Positions 25,127-36,944 of a stretch of DNA of 53,406 nt are shown in pieces (position 1 is the stretch's first letter; every line of letters starts with the position of its first letter). Source of the DNA: Octopus bimaculoides (taxonomy: Eukaryota); assembly GCF_001194135.2 (NCBI RefSeq), contig NC_069007.1, positions 2,606,396 to 2,659,801 on the forward strand, in the 5' to 3' direction. Below the pieces are notes generated by a model. That model saw only the letters and a program-made list of their open reading frames with translations. It had not been told where the DNA came from and did not search any database. A program made the translations under genes and the position numbers.

Positions 25127-25417
25127 GTGAAGGCGCGTGGCTTACTGGTTAGGGCATTCGGCTCCCGATCGTAAGATCGTAAGGTCGCGAATATATGTAA
25201 GTTTGTGTGTCTGTGTTTGACGCCCCACCATCGCTTGACAACCGGTGTTGGAGCCTTTACGTACCCGTAAATAAGCGGTTCGGCATAAGAGACCGATAGA
25301 AGAAGTACCAGGCTTACAAAGAATAAGTCCCGGGTCGGTGTATTCAACTGAAGGTGGTGCTACAGCACGGCCGCAGTCAAATGACTGAAACAGAAAAAGA
25401 ATAAAAGCATAAAAGAA
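25127..25417 (+). mobile_element. Chimeric SINE: family B head plus family A tail
   Basis: GTGAAGGCGCGTGGCTTACTGGTTAGGGCATTCGGCTCCCGATCG matches the head of 9261-9570, then joins ccatcgcttgacaaccgg...gtcaaatgactgaaac of family A. Confidence 0.8.
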
Positions 25418-25429
25418 TATACATGTATT

Positions 25430-25478
<49 letters not shown>

Positions 25479-25499
25479 ATTGAATACACATACACACAC

Positions 25500-25534
<35 letters not shown>

Positions 25535-25598
25535 GATTGACCGTTGACTGAACACTATTCAATTTTTTTTCTCCGTGTTTTTCTCCTTGTCTCCGTAT

Positions 25599-25635
25599 TC
25601 TTTCTGTTGAAGAGCGTAGCTCGAAACGTCAAAGA
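25599..25635 (+). ncRNA. Minimal type I hammerhead-ribozyme motif (variant core), Penelope-like repeat type
   Basis: TCTTT-CTGTTGA-A-GAGC(GTA)GCTC-GAAA-CG-TC/AAAGA: 5-bp helix I, 4-bp stem II, palindromic ACGT helix III, GUC cleavage triplet; A6->U deviation. Confidence 0.6.
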
Positions 25636-25723
25636 CTTTCCGTATTCCCGAGCGTCATACTAATATATACTTTTGTTATTTACACCACCTGTCCTCGTCT
25701 GTTGTTATTTTTTGTATATTCTC

Positions 25724-25760
<37 letters not shown>

Positions 25761-26827
25761 NNNNNNNNNNNNNNNNNNNNNNNNNNNNNNNNNNNNNNNN
25801 NNNNNNNNNNNNNNNNNNNNNNNNNNNNNNNNNNNNNNNNNNNNNNNNNNNNNNNNNNNNNNNNNNNNNNNNNNNNNNNNNNNNNNNNNNNNNNNNNNNN
25901 NNNNNNNNNNNNNNNNNNNNNNNNNNNNNNNNNNNNNNNNNNNNNNNNNNNNNNNNNNNNNNNNNNNNNNNNNNNNNNNNNNNNNNNNNNNNNNNNNNNN
26001 NNNNNNNNNNNNNNNNNNNNNNNNNNNNNNNNNNNNNNNNNNNNNNNNNNNNNNNNNNNNNNNNNNNNNNNNNNNNNNNNNNNNNNNNNNNNNNNNNNNN
26101 NNNNNNNNNNNNNNNNNNNNNNNNNNNNNNNNNNNNNNNNNNNNNNNNNNNNNNNNNNNNNNNNNNNNNNNNNNNNNNNNNNNNNNNNNNNNNNNNNNNN
26201 NNNNNNNNNNNNNNNNNNNNNNNNNNNNNNNNNNNNNNNNNNNNNNNNNNNNNNNNNNNNNNNNNNNNNNNNNNNNNNNNNNNNNNNNNNNNNNNNNNNN
26301 NNNNNNNNNNNNNNNNNNNNNNNNNNNNNNNNATATATATATATATATATATAAACTACAAAAATGGGACAAGAACGCAACACATCCAAACAGGTAAGTG
26401 ATACAAAAAAGGGGCAACAAAACATCCAGAGAGCCGATACAAACGGGTCATTCGGAGTTCTAGATTATCTTTGCAATCTCGACTGGTTATAGTCTTGGAA
26501 ATTTAAGCTAAGGGCACTAGATTCCTTGGAAGAAAGCATCGAATGTATACGAAAGAAAGGGCGAAAGAAAAAACGGAGAAATGGTACACAAATAGAAATA
26601 ACAGGACATTAACGACGGGTGTCTTTCGAGTAAGGACGCATTAAATTAAGCTGGCGTGTTGGGAGTAAAGCCTTACGGCAGGGACATGAGATTTGAGAGG
26701 CACAGGAAGGAATATTGCACGGATGGTAGTCGAACCAAGAAAGAAAGGTCAGGCTTGTTGAGTATATATATGAAAACACAAAGTAACGATCTGTATACAT
26801 ATCTACAGATATGCATGCATATACCCA

Positions 26828-26875
<48 letters not shown>

Positions 26876-27174
26876 CACACATTTACATTCTATATATCTA
26901 CGTGAATATATTGTTGTTAACCGATATTTAATTTGAATAAATATATGTGGAGATAGACTCATAGGTAGATAGAGAGGGACTGAGAGGTAAAGAGAAGGAG
27001 AACGTCTGAGAGATGGAGAAAGTGAGAAACAGTGACAAGCGCATATATTAGTAAACGCTCCCTTAGCATCAATCTAATTTAGCCCTATTGTTATACATAC
27101 ATATATATGTACATGTATATTGATTTATACATGCATGTATCTATGTATGTTTGTATTCATGTATGTACGTAATA

Positions 27175-27218
<44 letters not shown>

Positions 27219-27240
27219 GTATGTATGTAAGTATATATAT

Positions 27241-27426
27241 TCTTTTATTCTTATATTTGTTTCAGTCATTTGACTGCGGCCATGCGGGAGCAACGCCCTT
27301 AGTCGAACAAATCCAGCCCCAGGACTTGTTCTTTGTAAGCCCAGTACTTATTCTATTGGGTCTTTTGCAAACACACCAGCATCGGTTGTCAAGAGATGTT
27401 GGGGGGACAAATACTCACACACAAAC

Positions 27427-27525
<99 letters not shown>

Positions 27526-27691
27526 TATGGGATTCTTTCAGTTTCTATCTCCCAAATCAACTCGCAAGGCTTTGGTCGGCCTGAGGGTACAGTAGAAGAC
27601 ACTTGCCGAAAGTGCCACGCAATGGGACTGAACCAGGAACCATGTGGTTGGTATGCACGCTACTTACCACACTGCCACTCCTGCGCCTATA
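27241..27691 (-). mobile_element. SINE family A, full length, with (AGAT)n in the internal spacer
   Basis: Tail 27241-27410, (AGAT)n about 27427-27524, core and head 27530-27691. Confidence 0.85.
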
Positions 27692-28283
27692 TGTACGTGT
27701 GTGTATGAAAGAAAAATCACCTGGACATTAAGTCAAACAAGATAGCACGGATCTTTAAAAGCCGTCGATATAACTATGCTAAAGTGTCTAAAGAATCTTT
27801 AGTAATATGATCCATATATATCTACATGCATTTATAGATAGATAGATAGAGAGGGGGGAAGAGAGAGATTAACAGATAGGCAAATAGATAGATAGATAGA
27901 TAGATAGATATAGTTTTCAAAGGATTCATCTCACCAACAATACCACAAATTACAAAGCGGCTGTAAGCAACGTCATTAAATCTTGAGTCAAATCACCCAC
28001 ACGAATTTGTCAGATTATAGCTGAGACCTAGATATCATGAATTCTTTTTTCTCATTAAAGATTCCATGCTGTTTAAATTTATATATGCAGGCACATTGAT
28101 TCATAGTTATATGCGTATGCATGTATTCATGTACGTAGGTATATATGTATGTATGTATGTATGAATGTATGTACACATTCGTACGTACGTTTACAGATGC
28201 ATACATAGCATATATGCGAGTGTTTATGAGTTAGAATAAATTAGGTATATATATTTACCTACCTATATATGTGTGTATATTTG

Positions 28284-28323
<40 letters not shown>

Positions 28324-28411
28324 NNNNNNNNNNNNNNNNNNNNNNNNNNNNNNNNNNNNNNNNNNNNNNNNNNNNNNNNNNNNNNNNNNNNNNNNNNNNN
28401 NNNNNNNNNNN

Positions 28412-28469
<58 letters not shown>

Positions 28470-29370
28470 TGAGAGAGAGAAAGAGATATATTCTTGCACA
28501 TATCATATATAAATATATTAATACTCAAACATATTTATATGTATGTATGTACGCATGTATGTGTGCATATATACATCTATTCTATACATTTCTACCTGCG
28601 AAAATGATTGTATTGTGAAAACCTTCAACGACAATCATCCGGAATATTATTAGGTATGTGTTTCATATTCAGAATATTTTGCTTAGAGAGGAATAAATTT
28701 TAATACGAAATCTTCCTGATTACCGAAAAATCTCCCTGGCAGGCATTCACTATTTGATGTCAATTGAAAATTAATACCATGTCATATGTCATCTATTTAT
28801 TAAGGGATCGCATTCTCCTCATCACCATAGCAGAAAATTTCCTCTGATGTGGTAATCTTTGTTTTTTAGTATTTTTTAAATCTATATATATTTTTTTTTA
28901 AAGTCCCTCTACATATCATTGATATATAATTCGCTTCAGCAATAGATATGCCATTGTTGCTATTTAACCCTTGGTTCGCTTACTTTGAGTTTGATAGTTC
29001 CTTCATTGCTTTATATTTATAAGATGTCACAAAATGAGCACAAGAGAGGCAGGCCAATAAGATTTACACTGCATTGATAATTTACTCTGGCAGCCAACAT
29101 GACTTGGGAGCATCATTTTATAAGATAGCTCGTTCATTGGTATATACGTGAATTACATCACATTTTGTGTACAATAGCGTCGGTAAATTTCAAATACTAA
29201 AGGGACGATGGTGTTTATTCAGTATTCATAATACGCTATAGGAGCAGGCTTGACAAGAAAGCCTCTTACTCGATGAAGGTCTCATTGTTCGTAAAGAATT
29301 ATTTTGTGAACGTATTCTCAGCTCTATTTAATCTCTACATTCCAGTATATCTGTGGCAATTTTATATATA

Positions 29371-29450
29371 CAGTAATCCCACGACTGTCGTGAGTGTTAC
29401 GTTCCCAAAACCCCCTGCAATGGGTGGAAAAAAATCCGCGAAGTAGAAAC
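29371..29450 (+). mobile_element. Possible pogo/Tigger-like terminal fragment
   Basis: TA followed by CAGTAATCCC...GTTACGTTCC...CCGCGAAGT, typical of pogo-type TIR ends; no second TIR found. Confidence 0.4.
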
Positions 29451-29629
29451 AGTATAAATTTTTTATCATTTTTATAATTCGTATATATTTATTTCATTAT
29501 AAATGCAAAACAACACCACAGAGGAATCGATGTAGACATTCAAGTGTGTGCGTAATTACTCAATTTATGTACTTACTCTTTTGTTCCATTTATATTTTAT
29601 AATTTGTAAACTTACCGGTGTTGATTTCG

Positions 29630-29935
29630 CAAACTGAAATCACAAAAATGTGGAAGCATAGTACTACGATAATACCAGTAATAATTGGTGTGTTGGAAAG
29701 GATAAAGAAGGGAGCTGAGCAGTATATTAAGTAAGTCCCGGGTAACTCAACTCTCCATGAACTACAAAATATAACCTTGATGGTCACAGCCCATATACTA
29801 CGGAAAGCACTCTCTCTCTAAAATGGAATAAATGTGGTGATAATTTTAGCATGCATAGCAAAGCAAAACTGCCCTTGCTACTCTTGGTCTCCGGAGGATG
29901 CCCTGCACTGAGGCAGATGAAACAAAGTTATAATG
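29630..29935 (+). mobile_element. 5'-truncated RLE-type LINE fragment (subfamily 2)
   Basis: 29630-29821 reads QTEITKMWKHSTTIIPVIIGVLERIKKGAEQYIK*VPGNSTLHELQNITLMVTAHILRKALSL*, then a putative 3' UTR. Confidence 0.8.
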
Positions 29936-29987
29936 AAAAGGAAACCATAAATGAGAAAAAGAAGAAGAAGAAGGAGGGGAAGGGGAG

Positions 29988-30470
29988 GATATGATTGTCC
30001 CAATCGATATAAATGTATCTGTCAAGACTTATCAAAAACTGAGCAAGTATAAAGATCTTGAAATAGAAATTAGCAAAATGTGGCACTTCAAGACTAAAAC
30101 AATACTTGTGGTCATAGGTGCCCTAGAAATGATAGCAAAAGGGGCCGATTCCTACCTAGCTCAAATACCGGGAAACCCCCAAATTGGCAGAAATTCAAAA
30201 GATAGTGCTCATGGGAACTGCCCATATCCTACGTAAAATACTGTCTATGTAATCTCAAATTTTAAAACGAACAAATAATTTTCTTATGTTTTCTTCAACA
30301 TTCTCTAGAACAACACTATGTACAAATCGAAATATATGGCAACCCTGGGCATAACACCAACATGAACTTCTAACTTGTTGTCTGTTGAGGTCTCTGGGTA
30401 AGACTTTGAGCCAACTTGCACAAATATAAAGCAAAAGTCATACACATAATAACAATAATAATAATAACAG
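29988..30470 (+). mobile_element. 5'-truncated RLE-type LINE fragment (subfamily 3) with (AAT)n tail
   Basis: DMIVPIDINVSVKTYQKLSKYKDLEIEISKMWHFKTKTILVVIGALEMIAKGADSYLAQIPGNP, +1 frameshift at about 30180, KLAEIQKIVLMGTAHILRKILSM* (stop 30250-30252); AAT repeats at about 30446-30468. Confidence 0.88.
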
Positions 30471-30852
30471 TTTTACCTATATATGTGTGCATGTATGTCG
30501 GAATCCATTTATCACTTTATCTCTATAACACTCTTTCTGTCTGTGTGTCTGTCGACAATTGTACGTGTATACGTTCATGACATTCTCTCGAGTTTGCTCT
30601 TTTCATTATCAATGACGACTAATTAACACCTCTTCTGCATAGAGAACATCACTTAAGTTTCCACACACGCATATACTCTCCTCTTTCTCTCTCTCTATCT
30701 CTCCATCTATTTACCTATCTTTATGTGTGTGCATGTGTGTAATGTTCATGCAGTGTATAATGAAATGTATAGATATCATAAGGTGTATATGCAATGTTTT
30801 ATGATATGCGTGTGTCTGAGAGAGAGACAGTGTGCGTGTGCATGTGCGTGTG

Positions 30853-30884
<32 letters not shown>

Positions 30885-31463
30885 ATTCTTCCTGCGAGAA
30901 ACAGCGTCTTCAAACGACAAAGGACATAGAAAATGTCATTCCCGATTTGCTTTCAACATGAAAAAAATAATTATAATAAATGTTACGTCCATAGCATGAA
31001 TGGCTTTCATCATATATTTTCGTGATCACAGCACAAGTTTTAAACAACAACGACATCATCACCATCATCATTATCATCGTTATCATCATCATCAACAGCA
31101 GCAGCAGAAGCGAGGAATAATCCACCGTTTGGGCCCGTGCTATAAATTTCCTATTAAATATAGGTGCAGTAACATATATCTCGAAAATCATACGTTAACG
31201 TGTCGAAATGCTGAGATTCAAGAAGAAAGAACAACACATCAGGCACACGTCTTGCCGACCGAAACTATTCGTACTGCAGAGGATGTTTGTAAAAGACTGC
31301 ATGTGTTCTCCATTTAAGATTCTTGGAATGAATATATAATCACATGAGTGTATATGGCATGCACGTACTTCCATAAGTACTAACGATCTCGTATACACAT
31401 GATGTTGGATGCTGAACGTCCTCGACGACACACCTTAAATAAGTCTGTAGATGTGTAATTCTA

Positions 31464-31856
31464 TGTTGTTGTTGTTGGCACTCCGTCGCTTACGACGTCG
31501 AGGGTTCCAGTTGATCTGATCAACGGAACAGACTGCTCGTGAAATTAACGTGCAAGTGGCTGAGCACTCCATAGGAACGTGTACCCTTAACGTAGTTCTC
31601 GGGGATATTCAGCGTGACACAGAGTGCGACAAGGCTGACCCTTTGAATTACAGGTACAACAGAAACAGGAAGTAAGTGTGAGAGAAAGTTGTGGTGAAAG
31701 AGTACAGCAGGGTTCGCCACCATCCCCTGCCGGAGCCTCGTGGAGCTTTAGGTGTTTTCGCTCAAAAAACACTCACAATGCCCGGTCTGGGAATCGAAAC
31801 TGTGATCCTATGACCAGTAGTCTGCTGCCCTAACCACTGGGCCACTGCGCCTCCAC
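31464..31856 (-). mobile_element. tRNA-derived SINE family B' (GTGGAGGCGCAATGGCCCAGTGG head; tail shared with family B)
   Basis: Reverse complement of 49182-49552 over almost its full length; (CAA)n end. Confidence 0.88.
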
Positions 31857-32438
31857 ATTTCGTGATCATAACACAAGTTTTAAACAACAAGTTTTAAATA
31901 ACAAGGTCGATAAAACAAGTAGCACTTGAACACTGCGGTCGTTGTAATCGATTTACTCCTTCACAGAGGAAAAGAACAAAAATTGCTGGCGTTGTGCTAA
32001 AATTTGAAACTGATAGCTTCATGCATTTAAACATCCACGTGTCTGTGCGAGCGTACCCGTGTTTCTGAGAAACCACACTCTTCGTCGGTCTCTTTCCTCT
32101 CCTCTGCCTATCCCTCACTTTGTGTGCGTTTGCGGGTGCGGATGAGTGTGTGTGTCTCTCTCTCTCTCTCTCTCTCTCTCGTTCTGTGTATTGCTGACAA
32201 GTACAGCTTCATAAAGACTGCACTTTAACTGACGCTGGTTACAAATTACTGCGATTATGCAATATATTTTACATGTGTGAGTTTCGGTTTGAATTACAAA
32301 ATATAATTGCAGAATTGAATCAATAATTTTGTTCTCTCAGGTACGCGTATGTATATGCGTATATTCATGTATGTAACTATACATACGTATATATGCGCGT
32401 ATGTGTGTGTGTGCATATATGTACATACACACACACAC

Positions 32439-32488
<50 letters not shown>

Positions 32489-32642
32489 TGGAGAAAGAGA
32501 TAAATGGAAAGAGATCTTTTAGTATTTAACAGAAACAACAGAGTGACTCAAAGACAGACAGCTTCGTGCGTTAGCACTTTCAAACTAGTTGATAAGTAAA
32601 TAAAATAACATATATAAGTATATATGTTTGTATGTATGTATA

Positions 32643-32680
<38 letters not shown>

Positions 32681-32693
32681 NNNNNNNNNNTAT

Positions 32694-32720
<27 letters not shown>

Positions 32721-32724
<4 letters not shown>

Positions 32725-32874
32725 GGAGACCACTGGGTGGACTGCTAATGTGCTAGAAGAAGATCACATGTAATGTGTCTACTAAGACCGAATTGTTCTC
32801 AATTCGGTCTTAATAGACACATTGCAAGGGATCTTCTTCTAGCACATGAGCAGCCCACCTAGTGGTCTCCTTTA
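32721..32874. mobile_element. Fold-back element/MITE: 75-bp arms (7 mismatches), 4-nt loop, inserted in (TA)n
   Basis: 32721-32795 is the reverse complement of 32800-32874; TA context on both sides. Confidence 0.8.
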
Positions 32875-33461
32875 TATGTATTTATATATACATATACAAT
32901 AATCCTTTGAGATCTCAGGTATTATTTCTGTATCTCCTTGATTCTTTAAATGTGCTTGTTCCCTGGTATTAAATTGATATTAATTAATATCCAGTTTTTT
33001 ACCATATTGTTTTTATTTTATNNNNNNNNNNNNNNNNNNNNNNNNNNNNNNNNNNNNNNNNNNNNNNNNNNNNNNNNNNNNNNNNNNNNNNNNNNNNNNN
33101 NNNNNNNNNNNNNNNNNNNNNNNNNNNNNNNNNNNNNNNNNNNNNNNNNNNNNNNNNNNNNNNNNNNNNNNNNNNNNNNNNNNNNNNNCAGAAATTTGCT
33201 CGTTTGCTGTGGATTTCAAGACAGTCTGTTTGACAAAACTGAAAGATAATTTAGGAGATTCTATTTAGAATGGAGTTGGGAGAAAGGAAAACGGCATGAA
33301 ACAGGGGATACATCGCGCTGAACCTTCAGAAAGATCGGCAACTTCAGTTGACAGAAGCAAAGTAAAGGGAATTCGTTTAAATAAAATGCTATGCCTTTAT
33401 TTCAATTAATCTTACCGTTCCTTGAGAAATGATACGGCTTCAACTTTTCATAGTCTTTTAG

Positions 33462-33873
33462 TCTTTTTTTTTCTTTTACTTGTTTCAGTCATTTGACTGC
33501 GGCCATGCTGGAGCACCGCGTTTAGTCGAACAAATCGACCCCCAGGACTTATTCTTTGTAAGACTAGTACTTACTTTATCGTAATCTTTTGCTGAACGGC
33601 TAAGTTACGGAGACGTAAACGAACTAACATCGGTGCCAACTGATGGTGGAGGAACAAACACAGACACACAAATACATACATTTTATATATATATATATAT
33701 ATATATTCGACGGACTTCTTTCAGTTTCCCTCTACCAAATCCACTTACAAAGGTTTTGTCGGCCAGAGGTTATAGTAGAAGACACTTGCCCACGCTGCCA
33801 CGTAGTGGGACTGAACCCGGAACCATGTGGTTGAGTAGCAAGCTTCTTACCACACAGACTCGATTGCGCCTAT
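33462..33873 (-). mobile_element. SINE family A, full length
   Basis: Tail, (TA)n spacer, core and head all recognisable. Confidence 0.88.
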
Positions 33874-34167
33874 TCACATTTTTATATCAAAATACATTTC
33901 GTTTCCTCCCGATATAAACAAAACACAAATCGCGTCATACGCTAAATGTAAGAGTCCCCTTTTAATGCAGGTCTGAAAAAGTGGCACTCTGATGTTTAAA
34001 ACCGCAAATATTACAAAAAATTGTCACGTGAAAGTTTTGTGTCAGATGGTGTTGAAAGCAAAGCTGTTACAGAAACAATTGTAACTGATCGTTAAGGATG
34101 TGATAAAGTATTTCTTTGTCGTATGATATAGATTATAAAATATATATTTTTATATTCATAATAAATA

Positions 34168-34210
<43 letters not shown>

Positions 34211-34220
34211 NNNNNNNNNN

Positions 34221-34262
<42 letters not shown>

Positions 34263-34794
34263 CGTGTCAGTGTATCTGTATGTGCGACTACCTACCTGTA
34301 TAACAATAGTTTGTATTTCTAAGTAAAATTATTTTGGTATCTTATATTCTTGTTTCAATGACGGCTAATTAAGACTTCTTCTGACGTCATATCGCTTTCC
34401 TCTTTAATGATAAATGAGAATCAAGCTAAGCACTAAATACTCTTGCGTGTGCATGTGCGCAAATGCACCTACGTACACATCCGAATATATACGCATACAG
34501 TAATAGATACACACTGGCACACACTTATATGTGTAAGATACGTGTGTATGTGAGCGCTCATATGCTCCACCTCGGTTAAAGCGTTCTTCTTGGTTCAGCT
34601 GTCGCATCCTCGATGTTGTGTGATGCGAAGAAAAGGGAGGAGAGAAAGATTAGTTTTGTTTTCATTCGACAACAAAGCACACGACAACAACCTGCAAAAT
34701 CTTGATATAATCTACGAGGCCATACCAAGTTATAACTGAGCAAGTACATCTCCGTACACACACAGACACACACACGTATATATGTAGACATATA

Positions 34795-34994
34795 CGACGG
34801 GCTGCGGAAACGTTCCTGGTTTTGGGTAGAAGACTGATTGTGGTTTTCTGCAACGTGTTCCCCTCTCAGATACACACATTTGTTGCAGCGGCCCTTCGGC
34901 TTTTCTAAACCCTGTAAAAAAACTCGGATGTTTGGGCCTTCAACCAGACCTTTCGCGATAACCTTACCGACAGCAACCGTTTAGCACTCCCTCA
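34795..34994 (-). mobile_element. About 200-bp mariner-derived MITE
   Basis: TA-flanked degenerate TIRs (cgacgggctgcggaaacgttcctgg / tttagcactccctca); minus strand encodes WLKAQTSEF...CNKCVYLRGEH, a mariner C-terminus; homologous to 39005-39202. Confidence 0.7.
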
Positions 34995-34997
34995 TAC

Positions 34998-35332
34998 ATT
35001 GGGCAAGTGTCTTCTACTAAAGCCTCGGGCCGACCAAAGCATTGTGAGCGAATTTGGTAGACGGAGACTGAAAAAAGCCCGTCGTATATATGTATATGTA
35101 TATATATATGTGTGCGTGTGTGTGTGTCTGTGTTTGCTCCTCCGCCCTCAACATCGCTTGACAACCGATGCTGGTGTGTTTACGTCCACGTAAGTTAGCG
35201 GTTCTGCAAAAGAGCCGATAGAATAAGTACTAGGCTTACAAAGATTAAGTCCTCGGCTCGATGTGCACGCCTAAAGGCGGTGCTCTAGCATGGCCGCAGT
35301 CAAACGACTGAAACAAGTAAAAGAGTAAAGAG
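34998..35332 (+). mobile_element. SINE family A lacking its head
   Basis: ttgggcaagtgtcttctacta...gtcaaacgactgaaacaagtaaaagag. Confidence 0.85.
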
Positions 35333-35841
35333 NNNNNNNNNNNNNNNNNNNNNNNNNNNNNNNNNNNNNNNNNNNNNNNNNNNNNNNNNNNNNNNNNNNN
35401 NNNNNNNNNNNNNNNNNNNNNNNNNNNNNNNNNNNNNNNNNNNNNNNNNNNNNNNNNNNNNNNNNNNNNNNNNNNNNNNNNNNNNNNNNNNNNNNNNNNN
35501 NNNNNNNNNNNNNNNNNNNNNNNNNNNNNNNNNNNNNNNNNNNNNNNNNNNNNNNNNNNNNNNNNNNNNNNNNNNNNNNNNNNNNNNNNNNNNNNNNNNN
35601 NNNNNNNNNNNNNNNNNNNNNNNNNNNNNNNNNNNNNNNNNNNNNNNNNNNNNNNNNNNNNNNNNNNNNNNNNNNNNNNNNNNNNNNNNNNNNNNNNNNN
35701 NNNNNNNNNNNNNNNNNNNNNNNNNNNNNNNNNNNNNNNNNNNNNNNNNNNNNNNNNNNNNNNNNNNNNNNNNNNNNNNNNNNNNNNNNNNNNNNNNNNN
35801 NNNNNNNNNNNNNNNNNNNNNNNNNNNNNNNNNNNNNNNNN

Positions 35842-35893
<52 letters not shown>

Positions 35894-36902
35894 TCATGGG
35901 GAAAATAAAAGCTTAATATTAATTATTTCAGAGGAAACACTGATGGAAGAAATGCTAATGTGCATTACGCTTGATTTGAAGATAACATTGCTCTTTAAAA
36001 TTTACACATTAATTCTCGTGAAGCAAAATAATTAAAACAGCCCTGGCGATTTGGGCTATTTTCTCCCAAAGCAATTCACCGGCAAGACATATGTCCGCTA
36101 TCCGTACACACTCCACGTATAAGTAGATACAGACGCAGGCACATACGTTGATACCGATAAGATTATACATAAATTCTAAATATCTCCATTCACGTGAATG
36201 GAGAATATTCTTACGTTCTACGATGTGTTGTCTCTTAATATTATTATATGACTGTTTCTAATTTATTGCCTGCGAAGACAACGACTATTCTATTAGAAAT
36301 AAGTTTAGAAATCAGCTGTGTTTTAGACAGACTGTAAAATGAGAAATATTTATTGGATATAACTCAAGAGACGAAATTCTAATGGTACCGTTATTAGCCA
36401 TCTTATAATACATAACGACAACATATTATGACTCTTTCAATTGAGACCGTCATTAGTGTTGACACGAATAACATTAGCTGTAAGCTACCGAACGCAGGTT
36501 GCACTAAGGTAGATCGGCCTGCTGGAAACATCAGCTGAATCCCGTTCAAATCATGTCCTACCATATAACAGCAGGAACAGCACTTTGGACAATATATAAA
36601 CCAAGATATACTTGGCTTGAGCGAAAGGATCGGATGGTTACAGACGAAACAGTCTCTGAAGACGTAACTGCTGGATCTGCTCTGTACCAGTTTGATATAA
36701 CTCGGGGCAGACATCCTCAGCATCAATTCATTTGATGTACGGCCTTCTTTTCGCGCCTCTGACGGAGACAAACAAGCCTTAATCTTCTTGTTGTAATCTG
36801 GCTGTTATTAGAGACAAATTGTCATAGAGCTTAGTTTTATATTTTCTTCGTGAAATATTTGGGTTCCATACAACAGCACATCATGACGTCACGCATACAT
36901 AC

Positions 36903-36944
<42 letters not shown>

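Noticed and set aside
26345-26765. Repeat-looking block that may belong to the same Penelope-like element as the 25.6-kb HHR
   Set aside because: A 570-bp gap separates them, and no GIY-YIG or RT motif could be read, so the link is unsupported.
31240-31317. TETIRTAEDVCKRL, reminiscent of a Ras-association domain
   Set aside because: Very short motif, no convincing splice sites, ORF runs in from a microsatellite.
36403-36500. GPCR TM3-like string LFVSTLMTVSIERVIIC on the minus strand
   Set aside because: No conserved Cys at the expected distance, spacing is off, and no TM2 or TM4 flanks it.
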